NCBI GenBank assembly: GCA_951406725.2
Contig: OX597827.1
Span: 84,444,001 to 84,508,000 of the forward strand
Direction of reading: 5' to 3'
Length of the DNA stretch: 64,000 nucleotides
DNA from: Octopus vulgaris
Lineage: Eukaryota
In this document: in pieces, positions 39,810 through 51,889 of the stretch
Numbering within the stretch: position 1 is the stretch's first letter
How the letters are laid out: each line of letters starts with the position of its first letter
Position numbers and translations under genes: made by a program
The notes under the pieces: generated by a model
Seen by the model: only the letters and a program-made list of their open reading frames with translations
Database searches by the model: none
What the model was told of the DNA's origin: nothing

Positions 39810-41462
39810 CCATAACCTTACTAGCGATTGTTAAACAATTCAGTGATGACATCAGGATGCAATTTGGCCTCGATAAATGTGCAAAAGCTACCTTTATCAA
39901 AGGAAAAATGACAGAAACATCTAATGTTAACCTTAACCAGCAGCATGTCATAAAGGAATTAGAACCAGCGGGGAGCTACAAATACCTAGGGGTATTTGAA
40001 GGGGACGGAATCAAACATTCAGTGATGAGGGAAAGGATCAGAAGAGAATGTTATCGCAGGGTAAGAGCAATACTTAAAACAGAGTTGAATGCAAGAAACA
40101 GGATCGAAGCGATCAATACTTTAGCCATACCGATCGTGACTTACAGTTTCAATATCATTAACTGGTCAATTACTGAAATATGTAATCTTGACAGAAAAAT
40201 ACGAAAACTGTTGACAATGCATAGAATGCACCACCCTAAAGCAGATATAGAACGATTTTACCTGCCGAGAAAAGAGGGTGGCCATGTACTTTTACAACTG
40301 TAATTTACAATGGAGGTTGCCACAGTTGACCTAGACACCTACCTGAAAAACTCTGAGGACTGGATGTTAAAACTTGTCTCAATGCCTGAAAACAAGAAAG
40401 CATCATATTCAGTAACACAACAGGCAAAGGAATATCTAAGTGAATTCCAGATACAACAAATTCCAGAATTAGACGTACTAGAAACAAGTACAGAAAAAGC
40501 TAAGCGTATGAAAACCCGTGCTAAAACTGCTGCCTTGGATATTCTTACTGATAAATGGCAAGGAAAACCTCTCAATGGCAAATACCCAAAGAGAGCTAAT
40601 AATGCCGATGTTGACAAAGCCCTGACCCATCTATAGTTAGTGTCTTCTGGCTTAAAATCAGAAACAGAAGGGTTTATCATAGCAGCCCAAGACAAAGGAC
40701 CTACAAAGGACAACCAGGCCAATATATTAAAGAACGGCAGCTTCCCAACATGTTGTGTATGTAAACAGCAAAATGAAACCATTGATTATGTTGTCTCCAT
40801 TGGCAGTCTTCTTGCACCTACAGAGTATCTCAACAGGCATGATAGAGCAGCTGAATATGTTCACTGGGTAATTTGCAAAAGCCTGGACCTACCCCATGTT
40901 AAACACTGGTGGGAACACAAACCAACTCCAGTGCTTGAAAATGATCACATCTCACTCGTCTGGAACTTCACCGTTCAAACTGACAGAAAGATAGATGCGA
41001 ATAGCCCAGACATAATATTGAAGGACTTCAGACAAAGAACATGCCTCCTCATTGATATGATTGTCCCAATCGACATAAATGTATGTCAAGACCTACTAAA
41101 AACAGAAATTGGCAAAATATGGAACCTGAAGACTAAAACAATACCTGTTGTCATAGATGCTCTAGGAATGATAGCAAAAGGGGCTGGTTGCTTCCTAGTT
41201 CAGATACCAAGAAACCCCAAAATGGCATAAATTCAAAAGATAGGGCTCATAAAATACTGTCTATGTAATCTCAAACTTTAAAACAAACACATAATTTCCT
41301 TATGTTTTCTTAGACATTCTCTAAAACTATACTCTGTGCAAAACGAAATATATGACACCCTACACATAACACTAACATGAACCTCTAACTTGTTGTCTTT
41401 TGAGGTCTCTGGGTGAGACTTGGAGTCAACTTGTACAAATGCAAAGCAAAAGTCAAACAAAT
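39810..41462 (+). mobile_element. R4/Dong-like LINE 3' half ending in (CAA)n(TAA)n
   Basis: FGLDKCAK, YKYLG, HHPKADIERFYLPRKEGG, LKSETEGFIIAAQD, CCVC..RHD, WNFTVQTDRKIDANSPDI..IDMIVP. Confidence 0.92.
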
Positions 41463-41889
41463 AACAACAACAACAACAACAACAACAATAATAATAATAA
41501 TAATAATAATCCTTTCTACCAAAGGCACAAAGCCTGAAATTTGTGGGAAGGGGATTATGTTGGGTCCAGTTTATAACCGGTGTCATATGTTATTGATCCC
41601 TTGAGATAAAAAGAAATGAAATGTGATGAAAATTTGACTGGTGATTAATGGTTGATGAAACTTTACCTTGATAAGAAAGAAATGTTAAGTGATTTTCATT
41701 GATGAATATCGATTGGTAGGTGAACTGTCTGATGTATTGGAGACGGCCGTGTCACGTGACTGCTGGCAATGATGCGGATTTCAAAGAAATAAGAAGTCAA
41801 AATATATTAATATATCTATGGAGTCGAATAATACACATAATATACGTAACAACAACAACAATGAGAAAGGGGGAGGGAGGGAAAGAAAG

Positions 41890-41927
<38 letters not shown>

Positions 41928-42089
41928 TATTAAGATTGTGAATGGCGATTCGTACGTATTTTGTCGGTTAATTACTGTTGGTAGTAAATAATCGATACGG
42001 TGTTGATGGATTTGACCGGAAATGATGTCAGTTTGTTGTGCACGAAAAAATACGAAACAAAAACAAATAAAACTAACGGTAGCTCGTAT

Positions 42090-42835
42090 TACTTGTTTCA
42101 GTCATAGGACTGCGGCCAAGCTGGGGCACCATTTTGAAGGGTTTTAGTCGAATGAATCAACCCCATTATTTATTTTTTAAACCTGGTCCTTATTCTCTCA
42201 GTCTCTTTTGTCCAACCGCTACGTTATGGGGATGTAAAAAAAAAAACACCGGTTGCCAAGTGGTGGGGCGGTACACACACACACACACACACAGGCTTCT
42301 TTCAGGCACCGTCTACCAAATTTACTCAAGGCTTTGGTCGACCCGAGGCTAAAGCGAAAGACACTTGCCCAAGGTGTCGCATAGTTGGACTGAACACGAA
42401 ACCACATGGTTACAAAGTGGGCTTCTTACCCACACAGACGTGTCTGCGACTCTGTGTGTGTGTGCGTGCGTGTGTGTGTATGTGTGCGTGTTTTCTCAAT
42501 CGTTTCAGTTGTTGGCTTGTTGCCATACCCACAGCAGCACCTCCATGGGCTTCATCGCTCACATCGATACGACTTCTTTTTCTATTTTTAAGTCGGGTAT
42601 TTATTTTATCGATCTCTTTTTGCCGAAATGTTAAATTACGAGGATATAAATAATCTATTACCGGGTGTCAAGCAGTAAAACACATGCACACACACACATC
42701 ACGACAGGCTTTCGCTTTGTTTTCGTCAACCAAACTTACTCCCCAGGGACTTGTCGACCCAGGTGGTGCTCTATAGGGCTGAAACCGGAACCACACGATT
42801 ACGAAACAAACGTTACCACACAGCCATACCTGCAC
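42090..42835 (-). mobile_element. Two tandem CORE-type SINEs (about 42090-42445 and 42500-42835)
   Basis: Each has the reverse tail (gtttcagtcataggactgcggcc; gtttcagttgttgg), ctctttttg.c.aa, and head gactgaacacgaaaccacatg / gctgaaaccggaaccacacg..accacacagccatacctgcacc. Confidence 0.8.
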
Positions 42836-43309
42836 CTTTACTGCTATGTATGTATGCATGCGTATGTGTGTATGTGTGCGTGTTTTGTGTGTATGTTCGT
42901 GTGTATGTTTGTATGTATGCGTGTATATATGTATGAATGTATGTATGTATTTTTGTATGCATGTACGCAAGCCCTTTATGTGTATGCAATATTAGGCATG
43001 GATGGAGGTGTAGCACAAATACTTGGTAAGCGTGTAGCACTCGAGGGGTTCATTGCAAGAATATATAAAAACCTGTCTCTTCGTCGTTTCAGCAATTTCT
43101 CCTCCCCACCGTATCCAACATGATGGTCACGCTATGTTGTCTCCCCACATCACCATCTCCACCGCAGCTGCCGCAGCTACAATCCTCCTTTAAATCAGAC
43201 TCTATTCCCTTGTAAGGAGTAAATATTAGGGATGGTCACGGTCGGAATGCTGTATGTATAACAGGTGTATGTTGGAATGTTGGCAGTTTAGGAGTCCTTA
43301 AACCAACTC

Positions 43310-43447
43310 GTCACACTTGGTTACATAGTCACACTTGGTTACATTCAGTCACACTTCGTTACATGCAGTCACACTTGGTCACATTCAGTCACACTAGGTT
43401 ACATACAGTCACACTTGGTTACATGCAGTCACACACCGTCACACACG
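43310..43447. repeat. 20-bp minisatellite, about 6.5 copies
   Basis: Unit AGTCACACTTGGTTACAT(NC) repeated head to tail. Confidence 0.95.
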
Positions 43448-43968
43448 AACCGTTTCATGATACAGAGTCACTGATATTTCAAGTTTTAATTGGATAAAAT
43501 CTGAAAATAATGCCATTCTACTCGTGTCACCTCAGACATCAAAGAGTAGTTTTTATATCGGGGTCGGTGGTATAGGGGTGGGTAGTAATGGGATATGTGC
43601 CTGTAGCAGGTAAAGAGTGGGTGGCAGAGCGGGGTGGGGAATTAGATGTCAGGTCACAAGTGAGCGCTGTTGGTTACAAGTAGCTCAGTAACTAGGTCCG
43701 GGGCATGGCCTGTTGGTCAAGGATCGAACCAGTAACCCCAATGAGAAGTGTGGGGATGATTTTTGATCCTCTTTTGAAATGAAAAATAAAACTGTGAAAG
43801 AGCTGCTAAACTGAATGGAATCAATTCTCAACTAATATTTTGTGTAAATTTAAGTTGCAGGTAAAGAGTGGATCGTCAGTGAGTGGCGCTTAGGAATAGC
43901 GAAATGCTGTGAGTGGGGCAAAGCTCAGTAAGTAGACTATGGTAACACACACAGCTAACCCTGCTCAT

Positions 43969-44006
<38 letters not shown>

Positions 44007-44838
44007 TATATCTTCCAGTCGTCTTAACGAATTTGGTTCTTCAAGTCAGAGATAAAAGAATGACTATGGCATTTCCTTACTAGAACCCAAAATTAATGCC
44101 ATGTCAGGACTCGACCTTCAAACCACAAATAAGCGGCGAATCTTTTGTTTCAGGGATCCGGGTCTCTGACCTGTCCATGACACTGAAATAAAATCACCGC
44201 TGTCCTGTCACAACATCGAAGGTATAAAGTGTGTGTGAGTGTGTATAAAGAAGCTGCAGTCACCTGTGGCACTGCAGGGAATAAAGGGTGGAGAGTTGGT
44301 CATCTTTGGGGAACCACATAGGTGTAGGGGATGTAGAGATGGGTGGTGTAGGGGTAGGGGCCGTAGGGATTAGCTGTGCCGGCAGAAGTAATATTAAAGT
44401 AAAATACTAATTCGTTGCACTAGTTTATCATCATCATCATCATCATTATGATCGCTACCTCCATCACTCCAACCTCTACCATTGAAATCCCTCAAATCAA
44501 TTTCAACACTGTACTACCACCACCACCACTACCATTACACTGCCATCAACGTTAACAATAACAAGAGCAGCAAGAAGAAAAAACGCCAAAAACAGAAAGA
44601 AAAGCAACAACAAAAGTAAAAAAAAAATTTTTTTTTTAAAGCCAAAAGATAAAAGCCATGTTTTATTGCGAAGATGAATTGTGATTTGGAGGTTTCCGAG
44701 CTGGTAAATAAAAGTTGGTTACAGAAGTTGTGACAATGATAGGGGGTGTGGTGGCGCTAGTAGTTGTGTGGTGCTTGGGATAGGGGGGGGAAGAAACAAC
44801 GACGAGGAGGCGGTGGCGGGGAGAATTCCTAACCTTAC

Positions 44839-44874
44839 TTCAACCAGTGGAGTGGTTGAGTTGATGCCAATCAT
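44839..44874 (-). CDS. Candidate first coding micro-exon (MIGINSTTPLVE) of an unidentified host gene
   Basis: Minus strand gacaaaATG (invertebrate Kozak-like), 12 codons, then GAA|gtaagg donor, inside a TE-free island; no downstream exon or homolog recognised. Confidence 0.25.
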
Positions 44875-45086
44875 TTTGTCAGCAGTTTGGTCGAAATTAA
44901 AGATGGAATCACCGAATACACTCTATTGAACAGTTATTTATTTATTTTTTGGCTGTTCAATATGTCTGCAATGAGGTCTCCTTGGAGACGAATTAGTTTC
45001 AATTGTCGACTGATTTTCTACAAAATAATGCGACGGAATAAAACCAGAAACACCAAGATTTGCCGAAACCCAAACTATTCTAGTTT

Positions 45087-45147
<61 letters not shown>

Positions 45148-45739
45148 TGTTTTTGTCTTTTTGACATGTTTTCCATTTTATTGACAAATTCTACTTTTGT
45201 TGTTGCAGAAATAACTTAATAAATCTCTGTCACATATAATAATAAACGTCAATCTTTCACCAGGTTTTCGTGCAGTTATTTCCCTTGTTTTTAAATACTC
45301 AGAGGAAGTTTCGTCTATTAATTGCACAGATAATCTTAGTTAAGAAAAGTTTGTCGTCTCACTCATACGTGGCAACCCCATCGAATCTGAATACAGATGT
45401 CGTCCAACGTGAAGAACTTTTAACGAGCAACAACTGGTTTCCTGTGTGACATTGTATCTCGAAGATAGAATTTTCTAGGCAGTGAAGCGCCCTCTAGCCT
45501 TAATCTACAGAATTAAAGAGATGTTCCAGCTGAATAACCAAAGGAGTCAGATTCACGAAGTACCATTAATCCAGTAATTATTGACTTTGTTCCACTTACC
45601 ACGAGACACACAACCACTTTTGGATTAAGTTTCATAAAGTTTTGCCCCATTTTGTAAGGCCATATGTGTAGTTTTATGCAGCAGTGTTATAGAAGTGGAT
45701 CTCCGTCAGTTTCTACGACTAGTATTCAGTATCTCGGCC

Positions 45740-46101
45740 AAGTAAATTCCCTGCTCATTGAATTAACGTGTACGTGGTTGAGTAATTCACAGACGTATGT
45801 GACAGTGTCTATATTATAAGCAATTCTTCTTCTTCTTCTTCTTCTTCTTCTTCTTCTTCTTCCCTGATGCAGAACCAGAAAATGTCTCTCGTGATTTCTT
45901 ATCTTAGCTGATCGGAAGTGTTATGTAAAAGATGGGCTGCAGCAAATGTTCTGTTTTCTACCACAGATTTTCTCATCAGTTGCTTGACCGTAACCAGTTG
46001 AGCATGACCTTTAGTGGCTGATGACATGTGCATCGCTAATCACAATCAGAAGTAGTGGGGGAGCATCATAGGTATGTGTTGAAAAGAATTCTTTGGGGTT
46101 T

Positions 46102-46105
<4 letters not shown>
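45740..46105 (+). repeat. Unclassified SINE-like repeat interrupted by (CTT)n
   Basis: Segment ending gcagaagtagtgggggagcatcatag-like/aattctttggggtttg then (TA)n resembles an octopus dispersed repeat as recalled; no second copy in the window. Confidence 0.35.
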
Positions 46106-46155
<50 letters not shown>

Positions 46156-46158
<3 letters not shown>

Positions 46159-46292
46159 GATATGTAGAAAAATACAAACTGAGACAAGAACGCATAAGAA
46201 CTTAGAAGACGATACAACAAACACAGACAGGACATTCGAAGCCCTCAGTCTTCAGTCAAGAACCGGATCATCGTAGTAATTTCGGCTGATTG
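46156..46292 (-). mobile_element. Probable PLE pseudo-LTR 3' tip
   Basis: Minus strand cagccGAAAttactacg..T-rich run..(TA)n, the same architecture as the other pseudo-LTR ends here. Confidence 0.4.
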
Positions 46293-46342
46293 TTATGAAA
46301 TTATAAAAACGATAAAAACGTTTTATTGTATAATGCTAAGTT

Positions 46343-47394
46343 TATTTCTTTATTCACCATACGGTTTTATACAGAGGGGACATTACAACACATTGGGGAC
46401 ACAAAACATCAAAAATAGTCATATGATAGGATGGGGAAAAGGGTGATAAATGAGAGGTGAAAGTGATGTTAACTGCCCTATCAGTCAACATCACTTACTT
46501 GTCTTTTTTTCCTATTTCACTGCAAAATCCCCCAAATCCCCAAAATTTAACCCGTATATTTTCCGGAGTTCATCTCTCTTTTTCTGTAGTAATCCTCCCC
46601 TAATTAACCAGTATACATCTTCAAGTTCATGTTTAAGTTCTTTCCCTTTTCTCTTCCGACAATAACCACTTCCATTTCTTCATCCCGTCCGTCTGCCATT
46701 TCTACCTTCTCCCGGTCCTTTAACATTTCATGTAAATGCTCACTCTCTATTATCCCGATACAATAGTCTTCGAGACGGCAGTTTTGTATTATCATTTGTG
46801 TGCATGCTTTCTTGTTGGTGGGGAGTGGGTGGGTTTGGTGTCTGCGGGGACAGGGTGAGGGTGGTGCTGGAGTGGGTTGAGGTTCACAGTCAGTTGCCTT
46901 TTTTTCTTTTCCATCTTCCTTCACTTGTCTCTCTTCTTCTTTCTGTTCCTCCTGGGGTGTTTCTGTTTCTTCCGCTGTTTCTTTCATTATTTCCCTCACT
47001 GCTGTAGTGCAGTTTGCTCTTATGTGGCCTTTCAAGCCGCATTTATAACATCGAGGGGCTCTGCCCTCCACCCATACTCTCATTGTTATGTCATTAGTTG
47101 TAATGGTTTCTGATAAACTTTTGTAAGTCCAACTCACCAGTGACCATTTTTCTTTTTGTCTCCTCCATTCCTCCTCTTAACGAGGGAAAACTCATTTTCC
47201 TTCTTCTGTCTCAAACAGACAGACGAAATTCACCAGTGAAAATCAATAAAAACTAATAAAACTTACAATTAAAACCGACTTTTCAAAATTCCCAACAGAA
47301 CCGAACGTGTAACGCCGTTTTCACAACGACATAACGTCTTCACCGCACGAGCTCAAAAAAAAAAAAAAAACGTGAACGCTAGGAACTGCCACCA
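46343..47394 (-). mobile_element. Internally deleted Tx1/L1-derived element (ORF1 zinc knuckle) with a 21-bp target-site duplication
   Basis: VWVEGRAPRCYKCGLKGHIRANC (CCHC); 3' end AATAAAGAAATA; flanking direct repeats tttattgtataaYgctaagtt at 46322-46342 and 47395-47415. Confidence 0.78.
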
Positions 47395-48039
47395 TTTATT
47401 GTATAACGCTAAGTTAAACAGGTAAACAGCTTTTCATGCTGCACTGTAAGGTCAGGATGAAGTCCATTGTCACACTGGGGGAAGCCAGGTGTCAATAGCC
47501 AAACTGTGTAACTCTAACAAATTGGCTAGACCTTAGCTAACCTTTATAAGGTGAGATAATTGCACACTCGGTTTCTGTACTTTGTGTTAGGCATTTATGG
47601 ACTTATTTTATGCTCCAAGAATTCGCCAGAACTTTTTGCTTGTCAGTTTTTGTATTCATCTGGGTGAGTACAAAAATCTCTTAAGTTATGTTATTCTAAT
47701 ATCTATGTGAACTTTGAACCCTGCCTTTGTGGCAGGTTGTGTAGCGATTTTGCTATTTGCTGTTAAGATAAAAGTTAAGATTTGTATAAATAGCTGAAGG
47801 GTGAATGAATGAATTTTTCCTGTAGCCAAATTTTTGTGTTAGACGACTAACTGTAAATTTTGTCTAAGGGTTACTCAGCATGCTTGTATGAAGCAGTTTT
47901 GTGTGAATTTAAAGCAAACTAGATTTTTTGTTTGACTATTTAAATTTTGAACTCTAATTTCTGAGGTAGTCTGGCAGCCATGCTGTGTCATGAACTTTTT
48001 AGTTTAAATGGTTGATTTGACATTAGATTTATTTATGTT

Positions 48040-48250
48040 TAGATCCAAAGTTCGAAAACCGAATTTGTGAAGCCAGATTTTATGAAATACAAATTTTCGG
48101 AATCCATATATTTTGAAGGCCACATTTATGAGGCTAGGTTTTGAGAGACCGATTTTGGTGTAACCAAAATTTGTGAATCCAGACTCACGAATCCAAGTTT
48201 GTGAAATCAATTTGGCGAAGCCGGGATTCTAAGTTCGATTTTCTGAACTA
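48040..48250. repeat. Degenerate 14-15 bp tandem repeat
   Basis: Recurring GAA(T/G)CC(A/G)RATTT(T/G)T-like unit, about 13 copies. Confidence 0.65.
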
Positions 48251-48490
48251 TATGTACTTTACTTTTATATATAAAGATATACTGCACATCTAGTGTAGCA
48301 TTAATATAGTTTTGTTCGTCTGTATTTTTGTATGTAGGCTGTTTCTTTAAGCTGATACTTAATTGTTAATATTTTACAAAAAAACTTCATGGTGTGTTGT
48401 TGTTTTGGGTTCACCCCATCCTTGCTGGTTGTGTAAATTCGGGTTATGACCACCAGGTCGTAACAATATATGTGTGTGTGTGTGTGTGTA

Positions 48491-49361
48491 CAGGGTGCGG
48501 TGAATGAATTGTCGTCTAAATTACGCAAAAATGAAAATACCACTGACATCTCATTTTAACAGATATATTTACCAAAATTACATAAAAATATCTTGAAATA
48601 CTAAAGAGTAAATTTATTCAATAAAATCGCCATTGGCTTCAACCACGGCTTCCAGATTACTTTGGAAGCTGCTGCAACTCTTCTGGAAGGCCACTTTGTT
48701 TAAGTTGGTAAATGCTTCCATAATTCTTGTCTTCGGTTCATCTTTGGTGTTACAAGGAGTTTTGTTGGTCTCTCACTTAACTGTGCCCCACACATATTAA
48801 TCAAGGATGTTGCAGTCGGGGGAGTTAGGTGGCCAGTTGTTAGGGGTGATGTGGTTGCAGAAATTGTCTGACAGCCATGACTAGGTTCTCCTGCTTGTGT
48901 GGCATGGGGTAGAGTCCTGTTGCCGGACATAGGGTCTTCCAGCAGCCACCCTCTTGACCCAGGACAGCACTACCTCCTCCAGGCACTATATGTAGGCCTC
49001 CATGTTGTGTCTGTGGCCATATGGGAAGATGAATGAAGGCATAACGTCGCCATCACTAGTGATCACTCCAAACACCATCATGTTGAGTGCATACTTGATT
49101 TTTATCACTCTCGGTACATGTCCTCAGATTGACACCCAATCACTCTGAAATGCTCGTATTGGAGCTTCCGGTGCGAGTGCCAAGCAGTACAGCATGTCGT
49201 CTCCAAATTTCTGGCAGAGTGAATTGCGTCATGGTGCTGTTTTTTCTTACCGACGGTGCCCAACTGACCCTACTACATTGTGTAGTCGACAAAATCAAAA
49301 ACAAAGTATGCGCATGCGCGAAATTAAAAAATATAAAATAGTGACAATTTACCCATTGCAC

Positions 49362-49365
<4 letters not shown>
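48491..49365 (-). mobile_element. maT (DD37D) Tc1/mariner-superfamily transposon, internally deleted
   Basis: Imperfect TIRs CAGGGTGCGGTGAATGAATTGTC / GACAATTTACCCATTGCACTCTG flanked by TA; QQDSTPCHTS..WPPNSPDCNILD with 37 positions between the two Asp; MMVFGVITSDG. Confidence 0.9.
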
Positions 49366-49403
<38 letters not shown>

Positions 49404-49406
<3 letters not shown>

Positions 49407-49500
49407 CAAAAGAAAAACAGGATGCAAAGGATTTAGCGGTACATATATATATATATATATATATATATCAAAAGAAAAACAGGATGCAAAGGATTTAGCG

Positions 49501-49505
<5 letters not shown>
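49404..49505. repeat. Tandem duplication of a ~40-bp unique segment separated by (TA)n
   Basis: tatcaaaagaaaaacaggatgcaaaggatttagcggtaca occurs twice, identical. Confidence 0.92.
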
Positions 49506-49540
<35 letters not shown>

Positions 49541-51211
49541 TATATACACACACAATGATTTCTCTCGTGCATAGGGATATGAATAAGTATTAGACAAGGC
49601 CAGAGTGTTATAGGAATTTATTAATGGCAATGGAACAGGAATTGCGTAATCCTTTCCATAGATTTACTGCTCTTTCTGCCGGTGTAAAGTAGTGGAGTGT
49701 TTGTGCGGCATCTTATAGCTTTCTCCAGAACATTGAAAGGAAGTGTGTATGTTTACTTCGGAAAGCATTTGCGTGCGTGCGCGTGTGTGTGTGTAGGTGT
49801 GTGCGTGCGTGCTTGCACCCTCTTTCTCTGAACATATTGGGTTCCTGATCAGTAATGTATATGGTCACATGACATCTCGGTCATGGGGACTGCAAAGAGA
49901 ATCGCTATTGTATGTTGCTTTTTGTATAAATAACACAGAAACCGGTAATGTCCGGAAATAACCAAAATGACAAGAACACAAACATACACGTATCATCGGC
50001 TTTACAAATTGCTTTACAAAAATGTTCGATGAACCGAAATCAACATTAAAAATAGAATTTAAAATAAATTTACAGAGATGAGCTGTTAGAATAATTTTCG
50101 GAAAGTCTTTTTTTGGAATTATGTTTGAAATAGTTTGTATGTCGTGCAAATCCTTTCGAGAGAAATCTCAGAGACGTTGAGGACAAAGTGGTTTATTGGG
50201 AGAGTCTCTCTCTCTCTCTCCTGTGGTATTTAGGTCAAACCAATACAGACAGACACTTGAAAATGAAATGAAAAGAGATTTTGAGATGAAAAAAATAAAC
50301 AAATGACTCTAATCAAGAAATAGATTGGATTGTATATTTATTTCTGTTTTGATCTCCAGTATCAACTGGTATCTTTTCGGGGGGATTAGAAGCAAAGCCT
50401 TTTTCTACAGCAAAGTTGTCAATACTTTTCTCCTCTGTGCCCACTGGTCGTGCGCCATGTGTAGATGAATCAGAGACGCTCCAGATAAATGTATCACAGC
50501 CATTCGTGTAGAACTAAATGTCCTTAGTTTGAATCTTGTTCAGTATTTCGTTCATCTTCCGGGAATAAGGAAATATCTGATGATGACTGAAGACCACAGC
50601 TTTGGAAACGCGGTTTTCGACGTAAACAATGTTTCGTTCGTAAAATTGAAGTTAATCCGAAAAATCATAATTCTTCGAATAATTAATCTCAGATAATTAT
50701 TAAAATTTTGTTTTCGTAAAACTTTTGACAAGATTTCTTTGGAACTTTCTTTGAAGTTAAGCAGAGGAAAATTGTGATTTCTTTTAAGTGAAATGAATAC
50801 CGGTTTTGAGTTACTTGCAACATAATGACCACCACTGAAGACAGTCAGCGATTGGATAGGGGCATTAAATTGGGCGATGCATTAAATTTAGCATCCAACT
50901 GGAAAATAACCACTGACGAGCTTCAACACAGTTATTGTAAGGTTATTGTAAAAGGCACGCACCCAAAATAGCTGCGATGTGAGATCGAACTTGCGATCAA
51001 GTGTTTACGAACTGAGCATGCTAACCGCGGCCATCTCAGTCGTATCTAAAGATAAAACACCTGTGAATGATGAAATGTTACAGGTTGTAATGAAACAGCC
51101 GACAAGTTTGGTATCGGTTCGTGTAGTCGATGGTTTTTGTGTACCGCTGTTGATCTGATTAAAGGTTAGGGGTCACACGACGACGGAATACAACAAATAG
51201 GGAACAGATTT

Positions 51212-51325
51212 CACTTGTATATATCAAGTGTTCTTGTATCCATGGCAACCGATCATATCTACTGAAAGATCAAAATATTAGTGACATTTGAAAGGTCAAC
51301 ATATAAGTGACCTCTGAAAGGTCAC
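51212..51325. promoter_or_regulatory. Candidate cis-regulatory motif cluster (RFX X-box plus nuclear-receptor everted repeats)
   Basis: GTATCCATGGCAAC (51236-49), TGACATttgaaAGGTCA, TGACCTctgaaAGGTCA, CACTTG-tatatat-CAAGTG; motif matches only. Confidence 0.35.
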
Positions 51326-51889
51326 CGACTGGATCTTATTCATCTTCTTTTATTGACTGGAAAATGTTTGTTTAATAAAAGGAGACATTTCACTGGTTTT
51401 TATTTAAAGGGCCCTTTACACAATGATGCTATTATTAAGGGTCCTTTACACACACACACACCACTCCCAAACTATCTTAAGGGGAATCCTGATCAAGGTA
51501 TGAGTGACTCCCTCCTTACTATACACCCCTCCCCACTGAGAGAGAGAGCTCCTTACGCGCCTTGTATCCATGAGGACTCCCTACGTCTTTGATAACAGAT
51601 CTGCTTCTACTTTGATCACGTGATTATCACACTGGAAATAGAAAAATAATATTGATAATATTAAATATCATCACAAATCCTCTGTGTGTGTGTGTGTGTG
51701 TGTATAAACTATAAACTCTATACACAATATAAACTACACAGACACACACACATACATACATAGATGCATGCATACATATATGCATGCATGCATACATACA
51801 TACATGCATACATACATACATACATACATACATACATACATACATACATACATACATACATACATACATACATACATACATGCATGCAT

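Noticed and set aside
43310-43447. Regular 20-bp repeats resembling a CRISPR array
   Set aside because: No unique spacers, no cas genes, eukaryotic context; a plain minisatellite.
44674-44709. Plus-strand micro-exon MNCDLEVSEL|gtaaat
   Set aside because: Weaker donor, an upstream out-of-frame ATG and no supporting exon; cannot be told from chance.
50577-50620. CTGATGA/CTGAAGA..GAAAC motif
   Set aside because: No convincing stem I or properly closed stem II; likely chance.
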